DNA from: Azolla caroliniana
Taxonomy: Eukaryota; Plantae; Polypodiophyta
Direction: 5' to 3'
Length of the DNA stretch: 64,000 nucleotides
Assembly (NCBI GenBank): GCA_043228905.1
Contig: JBHGNT010000014.1
Location: 434,001 to 498,000 of the forward strand
Shown here piece by piece: positions 41,917 to 54,395 of the stretch; positions within the stretch are counted from its first letter, which is position 1, and each line of letters opens with the position of its first letter. Made by a program: the position numbers and the translations under genes. A model generated the notes under the pieces. That model searched no databases. It worked only from the letters and a program-made list of their open reading frames with translations, and was not told the origin of the DNA.

Positions 41917-43528
41917 ATGTCCAATGCGAAAGCTCCAATGGAAGTGGAAGTGTCTGATAAAGCATTTAAACTGGTATGTTCCTACATTACTTACCATGCA
42001 AATTAGTTGGAACCCAACTCTCGAAAGAGTTTTTAAGAAGAGATTTAAAGGATGGGCTAGTCCTCGATTTTCAATGCATAATCAAAAGGCTCTCGTTTGA
42101 AGCCTCCAATGAATGCATATCATATGGTGGTAAACACCTATGTTTGTTCTAGAAAATCATCTGTGTTTCTGTGATGTGGCTTTTGGGCCCATGAATGCTG
42201 AACAAATCCTCCTTGGAAACTGCATTTGTCTGTAAAAAGCATGCTAGGAAGCCATAAGAACACTTCAAAGTGGAACTCTGTATGTTGAGAAAAATGAACA
42301 AGCCAGCAGTCATGATGAGAAGGAAAGAAAAGCACAGTTTGGAAGGGTTTTAAAGCCTTTCAGTGAGCATTCTTGAACTTTAATCTAATCACCATGAAAG
42401 AAAATTATAGGCGAGAGACGTTTTTTCTGTGTTTGGTTAGCATGAATTCTGGTAACTCATCATCATACCTTAGGCTATCATTTTGCCATGCACCCTCAAA
42501 GGCTCTACCTGGAGCCCCCAAAAACTCTCCCTTTTTTTGATGTTGCATGATATCATAATAGCTATAAAATAAAATTTTCTAGCCTTGTCCTCTCTTGAAT
42601 CAAGATGTCCTTTGATTGAACAATGGAGAGAATATGAGTATCATTAATAAGTTAAGGTTTGAAAGTGAACACATTAATGTATATGGAGACGATCTATAGG
42701 TGTTTAAAGAAGGCCTAGTAGATAAGGAAGGGCATAAGGTTAATGTAGGAAAAGAACCATATTAATTCATGGGAATTGGCCCAGGAGTTGTATAAAAGAA
42801 TCCTTATTATAAGCATGAAAATGGAACCAAAAAAGGTGAAATGGGTTTTGTCCGCTAAATTGAATTGGATAAAATTTAATAGGCAAGCGAAAGAAGGGCA
42901 GAAGAAAAGAAATCCCAGTTGTGAATTCATTTGTAGTATATTTTAGGCAACTTGTGTTATTTTCATGCCGTCCTATGGGCATTGGATACAAGTAAATTCT
43001 CTCTTAATGTTGATGGTTCTTCTAAGGCAAAAGAGTGGGTGAAGAGCATGAACAATGGATGTGATGGTGGTAATGAAGAAGTGGAAGGCCATGAACCAAT
43101 ATTAGATATACGACCAAGCAGGTAAAAATATATTGTTCAATGCCTACATTCCTGTAGTATATATATGTTATGGTGCTTTGTTGTACCCTAAACCCTAAAC
43201 CCTAAATATGGACGGCTTTGTTTACTCTTTCAGGTTAGGTTTGGGAGCAAAGTTTGTTCCACATTCAAATATTAATGCTACTGTAACTCCTATTGAAAAG
43301 AAGCTTAGAGCAAAGCTTCAAATTTCAAAGACAAGCAAGGATGTTATTCCATGCAAAGCTCGTAAGGGCATTGATAAAAGTGGTGAAGCAAATGTTGAGC
43401 AGGATGTCTCCGAGGAAGAGGAAGATAGCAAATCCTCACTTTTTAGCAAGAAAGATACTTCGAAATCATCAAAGGCTTGTCTCGTACAAGAATTCCGGAA
43501 AGGAGGAAAGAAAAGGAAAAGAAGATGA
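41917..43528 (+). CDS. Small conserved basic protein with RPxRLGLGA motif (possibly DUF3245-like)
   Basis: Exons 41917-41973, 43027-43121 and ~43234-43528 give MSNAKAPMEVEVSDKAFKLAKEWVKSM...IRPSRLGLGAKFVPH...EEEDSKSSLF...GGKKRKRR*. The C-terminus is NLS-like. Confidence 0.75.
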
Positions 43529-45724
43529 TATATAATTATTGAAATGTTAAACTTTCTTATGAAAATGTAGCCCTGTCTATATCTTGATGTGTAAGTAAAA
43601 AAAAAATTAATCTTTCCATTCCCCCGAATTAAGTGATCAGTATTTGACAAGTACCAATTGAAGCAAAGATTTCACAAAACAAGATGCTTGCGTTCATGAA
43701 AGAAACAAGGCTGGTTTATTTAAATAAAATTGGTCGATGGTCGTATTTGGTTACATCATGATTGATTGGTTCTGGCTAGTTAGATTGCATTGCATTATAA
43801 TCAGGGTATGCCGTTCAATAAAGTCTTTTCTGCATATTGAAGCTAGGATTAAAAGATCTATAGCCACACTATTCCCATATAAGGATTTTAAGAGGGGAAT
43901 TTGCTGTGTTCGATCGTTATTTCTGCATAAGAAAGATGAATACATGGGTTTTATTATTGTCCTCAGAGAGTTGAAGGTCAAATACGACATTAGTAACCGA
44001 AATTGGAAGTGAGTAGTGGCATTTGATGTCAAAAAATTTCACAAGATAGAATAATGCATAACATTTTCATGAACTATATGTGGAGGTGAGTAGTGACTCT
44101 CAACATTAACAATCAACAACAGTTTGTTTGGGTTCGAGTGTGTCAAAACTCAAATCGTTTATAACTGAACTATTTAAAAAATTTGAAACTTAAACCGAAC
44201 CAAACCCACTAATCCACTTAAATCAGAATTGTTTAAACAAAACAGTTGCAAAAAATCCAACCTATGAAACCTTTCAAACTGGGGTTTCATGCTATGCTTT
44301 TAGTTTCGAAGATGGCTCAAAATTCAAAATTTCAAAAATTTAAAGATTTTTGTAAAATGTAAGAATTAGGCTTAAAAATGGAAAGGTTGCTCAAAAAATT
44401 ATTTACGAAAATAAACAAGTGGCAACTCTAAACCATAAAACTGTTTAAACCACGGTTTCAAACCGTTCAAATTGAACTGAACAGAATTGAATCGAACCGA
44501 GTCGAGCCGTTTAAACTGTTAAAACCATTAAGCCACAGTTTTGTGGTTTGATTCAGTTCAAACTGAACCATTGCCGATGTGCTACTCAACATTGAATTTC
44601 ATAAATGAATGGTTGCGATTTGAAGTTCTCGCATCGCATCGTTTAAAGATGTGTGGAGATGGTATTCCATTAGGAATGTTCGAAAACCCGACTCAATTTG
44701 GATCAAAGGATTTTAGATTCATGAAATTCTTGAAGGAAAAAAGAAAGGTATATGCATAGTCCGAGCCTTCCTCGCATCTATCCGCACCATCTCACATTGA
44801 AGAGGAATGTGAACAAAAAAAGTCAAGTCACAAAAAGGAAGAGAAATGGCGGAGGGTATATTTCCGAATTTGGAGAAACCTGAAGCAGCCCCGGCCCCCA
44901 AATGATGTGGAAGAGAGAAAGAAGAAGAGAGAGGGGTAGTTCCCGAATTAGGAAAAACCCAACTGCAGACAAAGTGAAGGGAGGAAGAAGGAGCCTTCTC
45001 ATTTCTTTCTTCCTGCACGAGAAGAGCACGCACGCAGGCGACACAGGTTCACACAGAAAGAGAAAGGACAATAGAGACGGAAATCTGGTTGCTCAGAGGG
45101 AAGTAGAGCTGTCTTCCGCCGGTCCATCGCTGCAAGTAAGCGATTCTCCTGATCATCCATCTGCCATTGAGGGCTAGGGTTAGAGAATTGGGGGAGGTGG
45201 AGTGTGATGGGTTAGCTTTTGGTTATGGAATTAGGGTTAGGGTACTTGATGTGACTGAATGTTTTCCATCTGTTTGGAGTTAGGGTTAGGTTTAGAAGTA
45301 GGGTACTTGATGTGACTGGCTGATTATCAGCTGTTTAAGGAAGGTTATGGCGCTTGATGTGACTGATTGTTTTGTATTATCACTGTCTGCTCTAGCCATG
45401 CCTTAATGCATCTAAATCTTCTATCTAACCATCCAGATTACTTAAAATCCCACGGACTTTTTTATAGCTTGATCTTGATTTTTAAGTATAACCGTGGTTC
45501 TTGCCATTGTGTTACTAAGACCTGTAAAAGTTCAAGGTTTGATTTTAGGTACCCAAATGTTGACATCTGTTTTTGTTTTGGTTTTCAGCTTTTCTGATAA
45601 CCTAACTTCCACACCTATGCTTCAATTCAAACATCGGGGTAAAAATATGATTAGTTAATTGGGTCGTATGAGTATGCCATACATAACTGATTAGTTTAGA
45701 GGCATTGTATACCTTTGGCGTTAC

Positions 45725-45726
45725 AC

Positions 45727-45785
<59 letters not shown>
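45725..45785. repeat. (AT)n(AG)n microsatellite
   Basis: Directly visible. Confidence 0.95.
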
Positions 45786-45788
<3 letters not shown>

Positions 45789-47347
45789 TATTCCATATGT
45801 AAGTGGTTAATTTGAAGATTTTGTGTAATTTTGCCTTATACAACTGGCTAATTTTAAAAGGTTTGTATAATTGTTCCATATATAGCTGATTAATTTAGAG
45901 GATTTCTGCTTATACCTCATTATTACTGCAAGGTTGCATGACTTTGTATCACACAAAGGCTTAATTTAGAAGCATCATATGATTTTTCCATGCATAAATG
46001 TCAATTTACAGGGACTATGATTTCGCTTTATTTATAAGTCAGTGATTAATTTAGAGGAGTTGAATGATATTGCCATATGCACTTGATTAGTTTAGAGTTG
46101 TATGATTTTTCCCCATATATAGTGGATTAATTCAAGTGGTTGAATGATTTTTCCATCTGAGCTCCTCTCAGTTTAACATAAAGTATGGGCGTGCCATGTT
46201 CATAGAGCTAGGAATTTTAATGATAGGTTTCAAGCAGAATTGACGTTGCTGGATTTTAATGGTATCAATCTATTTTTTGGTCCTTAAAAGCCAAGAAGAT
46301 GCTACCTCTTGTTTTCGTGGTATTTTCATCCTAAGTGGTCAGATCTCCACATATGATGAAGTGAATTGAAAACTATATTAGTTAGGATTTCACTTCTATG
46401 AGATTACATCAAATATGAGAGAAAATAAACCAGAAGAGAGTATTCAGCTTAAGAGGTTAAAGGAACTTGAATTTTGGAAATGATATGCAAGGGTGGGTTC
46501 ACAGGAACAAAGGCCTATATAAGATTTCATAGGAATTAGCTGACTGACATTTAGTTTTTTTGGTGGGGCCATTAGTAAGATGTGTTAATGTACTTTGGGA
46601 AAACAAATGTTATTTTTTATATGATGATGAGATTATTTGGATTTAATCAATGGTTATTTTCCTAATGTCACACCAAACGAATGTGATGGCGAGACGATTT
46701 GGATCTAATTCATGGTTATTTTCTCTCATACTTGATTGGGTTCATTGTTTGCAAATAAAAAGTGTTAGTAAATATTTGCTCATTTCATTCATGATATATC
46801 AATATACATATTTTAAACCTTCATTATGGCAAAGTTTGGCCCATTCCTCTGACGAAAGATAGGCTGGTTCTATTTATGAGCATATATATAGTCTTGGGAA
46901 CTCATGATGTGGATCAATAGACATCTTTGACAGAGGACCATCATTGACTTAGAATCAAATCCCACTAACATTTAGTAGATTAATGTTGACATTTTGATGA
47001 TGTTCTCATTCTTGTTTTTCATATTTTAATAAATTTAGCAAGTTTATTCTTTGGAAAGATAATAGTCTTCAACAAACCTTGGATTTTACTGAGTATCAGA
47101 TACTATAAGAACATCCAGCCAAAAAAATTCTATCCTTTTTTTAGGTGCTTAGCGAGACTTCCATTTGTGATCCATTTCTAACTGTCATACCTAATTTTGT
47201 ATTATAACTTAAGTGAGACTAGAATTTAACTATATATAGTATTTTTCTTTCGCAATGTAATTAAATCTCAGTGAAGATGGTTTTTAGTAACAAAATTCTG
47301 TAATTTGTTTCAGAAACTTGACTATTCAGGATCATCAAGATATCGTC

Positions 47348-48480
47348 ATGGCAATTAACTACAGGTCTTTGTGAGCTATTTTGGTGTAACATTATTTGGC
47401 TTAAATGTGTTAAATTTTAAAATCTCTGATACAACTAGCATTTATATATATAGGCAAGGTCTAAATAATCGTATACCAGCACCAAATGATCAGCTGCAAG
47501 TTAGAGTGGATGTCTTGCAGGGTGATGTTGATGAAGAAATTGGAGAACTTCACAGTAGAGTTAGAAAGCTGAAAGGGGTGAGTATAAAGAGAGTTTTATT
47601 GCTTGTTAAAAAAATAAAACGTTTGTGAAAGGTCTGCATCATTAATAAAAGCACATTTAACTTGCCAGTTGGAGATATATTATGAATGGGGCAAATCCAA
47701 TGGAAATATTTAAATTAATTGGATTTTCTCATAATTTAGAATCATGTTTCACACTGGGAACGGATGAATGAGAATTTTTCAGAATGATAATCAATTTGCG
47801 AAAAAGTTTTCATATTGTTTGGGAAAGTGTTATCCCCGTTCCCTAAAATAGCTGTCAAAATTCCTCTAGAAAATATCTACAGGAAGAAATCTAAATTCCT
47901 TTCTTTATTTCCTCAAATGATACCTGACTTTTCATTATTTACCTAAACACAATTGGGTCAGTGACTATGTTTATTTCTTAAATAGCCGGATTTGAATTAT
48001 GTGTTAAGGGAAGAAGAGTCGGATAGAAAGTATATGAATGTTCCACTAGGCTCCTAAAGAATTGTGGTATTTTCTTCTAATGTTCTATTTCACTGTATCT
48101 ATTGTTTGGCAGGTTGCTTTAGCCATAGAGACAGAAGGAAAATTCCAGAATGAATTGCTTACTCAGTTGGTAAACAAAATATAGCCTTTATTGCTTAATA
48201 GAATGCAACATAAAAAGGTTCTTTATATAATAGACCATGGAGTGGTTTGTTTTTATAGAATAGATCATGAAAAATACATAAAATAGTTTACTTCATTGAT
48301 CTTTTGTATGTGATGTTGTAGGAATCTACGATGATGAAGGCTCAGGCAGAGCTGAAGAATACAATGAAAAGGTTGAAAAAAAGTGTAATCCAGCAAGGAT
48401 CGAACCATGTCATACACGTGATATTGTTTGCCCTTCTTTGTTTTTTTCTCGTCTACCTGTGGTCGAAAGTTTCCAAATAG
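47348..48480 (+). CDS. Bet1-like/SFT1-type Qc-SNARE
   Basis: Exons 47348-47364, ~47454-47577, 48113-48169 and 48322-48480 give MAINYRQGLNNR...DVDEEIGELHSRVRKLKGVALAIETEGKFQNELLTQLESTMMKAQAELKNTMKRL...NHVIHVILFALLCFFLVYLWSKVSK*, i.e. a SNARE coil plus C-terminal TM segment. A 5'UTR exon probably ends at ~45135. Confidence 0.88.
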
Positions 48481-48999
48481 GAAATGTTTTTTGAGTTTTG
48501 TTCAGATGGTATAGAAACAAGGCCGATGTGTGTACCCACTCTTGTACAGATATATTCTTGTAAAGGGGTGATCATGTGAATGAGCTGCCAGCCCTTTCCT
48601 TTCACGTGATAATATGTGTTAAATTCTGTAACCATGGAATGCAAAATATACGAATTGATTCTACCTTTTGAGTGATAACTTATAACATGCGCTAATTCTG
48701 AGACCATAAAACATACAAGGTATGCTTATTAGCTTACAAGTAATGTCATCAACCAACTATCTTCCATCTCTGGAGGTCCAAAATGCAAATTATTGAGCTG
48801 AAGATGGATGGAGTGCAATTGCACTTACATATATGTTGCAATGCATAACTAACTATAAAACCAATTTTTCTATAAACCCAAATGTCTCATTGACACCAAA
48901 TCAGACATGTCTAGGCACTGAAAGACACATGAACTCATAACTTGAGTTTAAATCAAGAAGCAAAATTGAAAAGATGCTTGCATCATGATATGCAAGTGG

Positions 49000-49354
49000 T
49001 ATCTTCCAAGTAGCACTCATGATAATGAAATAAACTATGATGTGGCCAATAATGCGCAAATATTTGGCTGAGAGACAACAATTATGTCTAGACATCTTGC
49101 TTTGAGGGATGAAATCCAACCTCAACTATGTAGATACAATGAATAAGCGCATTATGACACTTAATCCCTATTTGATATCTTCCAAGTAGCACTCATGATA
49201 ATGAAATAAACTATGATGTGGCCAATAATGCGCAAATATTTGGCTGAGAGACAACAATTATGTCTAGACATCTTGCTTTGAGGGATGGAATCCAAGCCCA
49301 ACCATGTAGATGCAATGAATAAGTGCATTACCACACTAAATACCTATTTGATAT
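49000..49354. repeat. Tandem duplication, 176-bp unit x2
   Basis: atcttccaagtagcactcatgataatg... starts at both 49001 and 49177. Confidence 0.92.
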
Positions 49355-50092
49355 CAATATTAATATTATTTGTTATTTGTAGTGATTTAGCTCTAGTGCT
49401 CATAATTGTTTGACACATGGGTCAATTTGACAAGGGGCGTCGGAGAAGTCAACTTGTGTAGCTTAATTGAGCCCATCTATTGAATACATTTTTGATATTC
49501 CTAGAACCTTGGATGTTCAATGGAGAAATATAATGTGTTTTGAGTTCCTATAAAACTAGAGAATTATTTTCCGACGATGTGAGCAAAGAAGGAAGTTTGT
49601 GTTGGTATCTTTTTATGCCAAATTTTGGCAATGTTGCAATTAATAGTTTTTCTTTTGCATTTGTTCGGTAGTTAGATTCATAGTCAATCACACATATAAA
49701 TAATACTCATTGTAGGTTTCACAAATAAACATGATTATTAATTCCTTTTAACCATACATAACAAAATACCTAATTCCATTATGCCTATCGAGTAGGATGT
49801 GGATTGCTAACACTTTAACCACATGAACATCACAATATTTAAGAATAAATATAGCAAGCATTTAGGCTCATGATTTCTATCACTTCTTTGGAGCCAGGAT
49901 CAGAATAAGAATTAAAAACAAACCCATGATTGAATAATGTGTGTGCTCCTCTTACAGAGCAACCATTGACACTTGTTCGATCTTTTGACAAGACCAATCC
50001 ATGCACATGGCCTTGCCATTTTGACATTACAATGTGAAACCATGGATCAAATCCAATATGCCCCTCAAACCCAAATCCAATAGAGAACTTCT

Positions 50093-50658
50093 GTCCTAAA
50101 TGTAGTGTACTATTAAGGAAGGAATGATGTGTCAAAAGAAGTTTGCACTAAAATTATATGCCTCTAATGTTTAATGAGAGAAAACATCTCATTAATGACC
50201 TATGCACTTTACCACACGTGGGATTCACAACTTACCCTAGACGTTCAAGAGTTCTACTAATGACCACTTGACAATTTCGTGCATATATTGCACTAAGAAT
50301 TGCGTAAGGATAGGGCAAGGTTGAAAATATGGCAGCAGCAAGACTGAATGTGGATCAAAGTCAAACATTGTAAAAGAGTCCTAAATGTAGTGTAAGGAAG
50401 GAATGATGTGTCAAAAGAAATTTGCACTAAAATTATATGCCTCTAATGTTTAATGAGAGAAAACATCTCATTAATGACCTATGCACTTTACCACGCGTGG
50501 GATTCACAACTTACCCTAGACGTTCAAGAGTTCTACTAATGACCACTTGACAATTTCGTGCATATATTGCACTAAGAATTGCGTAAGGATAGGGCAAGGT
50601 TGAAAATATGGCAGCAGCAAGACTGAATGTGGATCAAAGTCAAACATTGTAAAAGAGT
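50093..50658. repeat. Near-perfect tandem duplication, ~285-bp unit x2
   Basis: gtcctaaatgtagtgta... starts at 50093 and 50378; the copies differ by a small indel and few substitutions. Confidence 0.95.
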
Positions 50659-51229
50659 ATAATATTAGTACTCACAAACTTATTTCTCTCCAAGCATGCA
50701 AAGAGAAGGAGAGAAATCTAGAAAATATATACTGCTTCAAGAGAACTTCTATTATATTCTATGAGATGTATGATACAGCTACTGCTAAATTATGGTGATG
50801 ATACTTAATTACTGATACCTTCTCAACACACGATTAAACTAGGAATGCCCTTCTGGAATTTGGATTTAGAATAGCACACCATAATATTCAATGACTTACA
50901 AATGTGCTATCAATAAAATATTGTTCATTTAGTGATTATCTCTACCTAGTCTTGAATTGAATGTGGTTGGCTAATGCATTTCAAGCTTTTAAACACACAG
51001 TAAAAGTCAAGCACACGATGAGATCAATCTTTTCCAGCATTAAATTATGATTATTCTTGTAAAATGGGAGTGCTCACCAACAATCTTTTGGAGAACATAT
51101 TTGAGCATGCTCTACTCAACATTTTGCCATTACAATTTTAAGCCAAATGAGGTCAGTTGGTGCTCCAACACAAAAGATAATATATGCTCCAATACAAAAA
51201 ATGGTAGGGTATCCAATAGAATTCAGCCC

Positions 51230-53606
51230 TCAAGAGCAGTCCGTAATAAAGGGCTTGAAAGAGTCGATGAACTGCTGGGTATTAATCCCTAGCTTTAAGT
51301 CAACTTCTCCACCTCCAAGCCAAAAGAATTGGGGTTCAAGCTTCACGATGGCATTGGACAAGATGATCTACACATATAACAATGATTCTATTGGCTAAAT
51401 TGCAACAACAGAAATTTCATCAGCTAAAAAGAAAAAGAAAAACTCGTAATGTTATATACGGAGAGAAACACTGAAATATACCACGAGTTTTGATATTTAC
51501 AAGAATGAGCCTAAGTTTTTCAAAAACTTACAAAAATAGCCATTGTTAATAGTAAATTTGATACTAACAAGAGCAGTATTCTTGGCATTTTTTCCATACA
51601 TGACCTCTACAAGAACACCAGAAAACAAGGAAATGTACTTCAATCTTACAGGTAATTGGGTTTTCATTCCAACAGGGGTCACAGCATTATGAGAGAAGCC
51701 AGTTAATCGGTAAGCTTCATCCTCGGGAGCAAGCCGCACTGTAGCAACAGACAATTGTTTAGATTTCAAAACAAATGTTGTCATCAGAACAAACTTGCAA
51801 AAGCTTTACATATCAATAAATCATCCCCACACACAGACTTTTGAGAGCAAAATGTTGTTTTTTTTCCGAAGGAGAAACCACATTGAAAGATTCTCTTCTC
51901 ACATATAACTGGGATGATGCTTAGTTGAAAAGCTCAGTTTAAGGAAGAAAAAGTTAAATAAATGTCCACTAAAACAACTAAAAATGCACATAGTATGTAA
52001 CATACTCGAATGCATTGGCAAACTTTCTTTTTCATACGAATGCGTATGTTATCAAAACATTCTTATGTTTTTTTCACTTTTTACCTTAACTTTCTTACCT
52101 TAAAATTTTAATTTAATGAATACAAAAGCATGGTATTTACCTTACTTCGAGGGTGTTTACCAAAGCCGAATGATTGAAACATTCTCGAATGCGAATGCAC
52201 GTATGGTTCATACTATGGAACACACAGTTGACCGTATCATAGAAAACTCATCCAGCATTTTTTGTGTTCCTTTTTGGTATTTTTCTCTTTTTTTTACATT
52301 TGATACAGTGGAAAGTTATTTTGTTGTGCAAATACTAGTTCTGCAAATTTCATCTATGATCAACTTAAGGGAGATTTTGTCAAGAGACTCTTGATAAATA
52401 ACTATAAAAGAAGATCCTAAAAAAGTTGTTCTATTACTAAAAACTCATGAAGAGTAGAATCACTAAAGATCACTTACAATTGAATCTCTTCTTAGGAATT
52501 CTGCCATTGTTCAATGAATATACAAACTGTTTTACTTTTTCTGCATTCAAGCGTGCGGTATACTGCGAAATAACAAGCCACATTGAGCTAACAATCTAGG
52601 GCATTAGCAAAGAGAAATTATGAAGATTTGAAAGTATGACAACCTGTACGATCACCATGTAAAACTTTGAATTATGATAGTCGCTGCAGTCCTTTACGCT
52701 CTCATGTGCTTGTGTGTTTACCTGAAATAATCATTTTAAGATACGCACCTAGATTTTTCTTTCCACTTTCTTCAATTATGGAACTTAGACAAGAAATAAA
52801 CAATCTGTCACTATTGGGATCTTCTTCCCCTTGATCATTGTCTTTGGGAGAGTGATCTCGATATGATGGTCAATTATCATTAGCGACTCTTACCTTATTA
52901 CCAATGCTAACATTTGAGGGGGAAATAGGCCTTTTTCAGCATTTTGCAAGGTGTTACCTGTATGTGAACTTGGTTTACTTCCCCTTAACAATCCTTTTAC
53001 ATTTATAATGTCTCCAAGGAGATCATATCACATACATCATCTATGCCCTACACTTTGGGTGTCTCTAATCTGACTTTTTGCATGCTTCCTTTGTCGATTT
53101 TCACCTCAATTTCACTTTATTCCCACGAGTAATACAATGCTTTGCTAAAAACAAATGGTATATATGCGATTATATACAAGTATACATATGCATACACACA
53201 CACATATATATGTATATATATATATATATGTTATGCATGTATAAAAAGTAGAAATGGGTATTATATGTATGAGGGGGTTCTGAGATGCCCTTACCATGAC
53301 TATGCTCTTGCAGAGATGATCAATGGAGGCTGCCCCTAACAAGTCTCGCCGCTCTTCAAAACTTCTGTCGTAGTAATCCGAAGGAACCCTCTTGAACTCA
53401 AAGGAATAAACCCCAACAGATTCAAGAATCCTGCCCAATCTGTGCTCTGTGGAAGAATCTTCCGCTTCTCCATCTCTGGCGAGAGGTTGGGCATCACGCG
53501 GCGGAGCCTCCTGCGGGCGGCTTCCTTCACCCTGAAGAGAATCTTCCAGGCATTGGATACGCTCCAAGATCCGAATCTGCAAAGATTCGAGGTGAGCAGC
53601 CGCCAT
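51230..53606 (-). CDS. YbaK/aminoacyl-tRNA synthetase-associated (editing) domain protein
   Basis: Five exons: 53606-53295, ~52721-52644, ~52562-52478, ~51738-51650 and ~51367-51230. Translation: RVPSDYYDRSFEERRDLLGAASIDHLCKSIVMVNTQA...YTARLNAEK...KKRFNLRLA...TGFSHNAVTPVGM...FWLGGGEVDLKLG. Confidence 0.9.
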
Positions 53607-53688
53607 TTGTGGGCGATTGTGATGGTGAGCAGACAGACTCCTTCCAAAAGTGTGGCCCTGTAGAAGACTTCAGAATAAAAGCCATGGC

Positions 53689-54031
53689 TATGTATGTATG
53701 TATGTATGTATGTATGTATGTCATAATGTATGTATGTATGTATGTATGTCATAATGCATGCATGTATGTATGTATGTCATAATGTATGTATGTATGTATG
53801 TATGTATGTCATAATGTATGTATGTATGTATGTATGTCATAATGTATGTATGTATGTATGTATGTATGTCATAATGTATGTATGTATGTATGTATGTATG
53901 TCATAATGTATGTATGTATGTATGTATGTATGTCATAATGTATGTATGTATGTATGTATGTATGTATGTCATAATGTATGTATGTATGTATGTATGTATG
54001 TCATAATGTTTGTATGTATGTATGTATGTAT
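53689..54031. repeat. Higher-order (ATGT)n array punctuated by CATA
   Basis: About ten units of cata(atgt)n, starting ~80 bp upstream of the YbaK ATG. Confidence 0.95.
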
Positions 54032-54395
54032 GGTCACGAGGCCGGGGACCGTTTTAGGGGTGGAATGAACCTTATGAACATATATGCTTATTCTCATATA
54101 CACAAACCACGCACATTTACATAACATATTGTGAAATGCTCTCAAGAATAGCCTCCTTTTCATTATGTCTCAAGTTACATTTTATAGACTCTCTCTTAGC
54201 GTGGAGGGTGTTCTCCCGCTCCAATTAGCTCTACTAATTATGGGGTTTGGTGGGGGCCTAGTTTGGGTGTGGTGCATGAGGCTTGGTAGGGGCCTAATTT
54301 GGGTGTGGTCTATGTGTGGTGCATGGGGCTTGGTAGGGGCCTAATCTAGGTGTGGTCCATGTGACCACCACAATTCCCCTTTGTAAAAAAAAAAG

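Noticed and set aside
44120-44575. AACCG/GGTTC-rich segment resembling a non-autonomous transposon
   Set aside because: Termini and TSD could not be defined.
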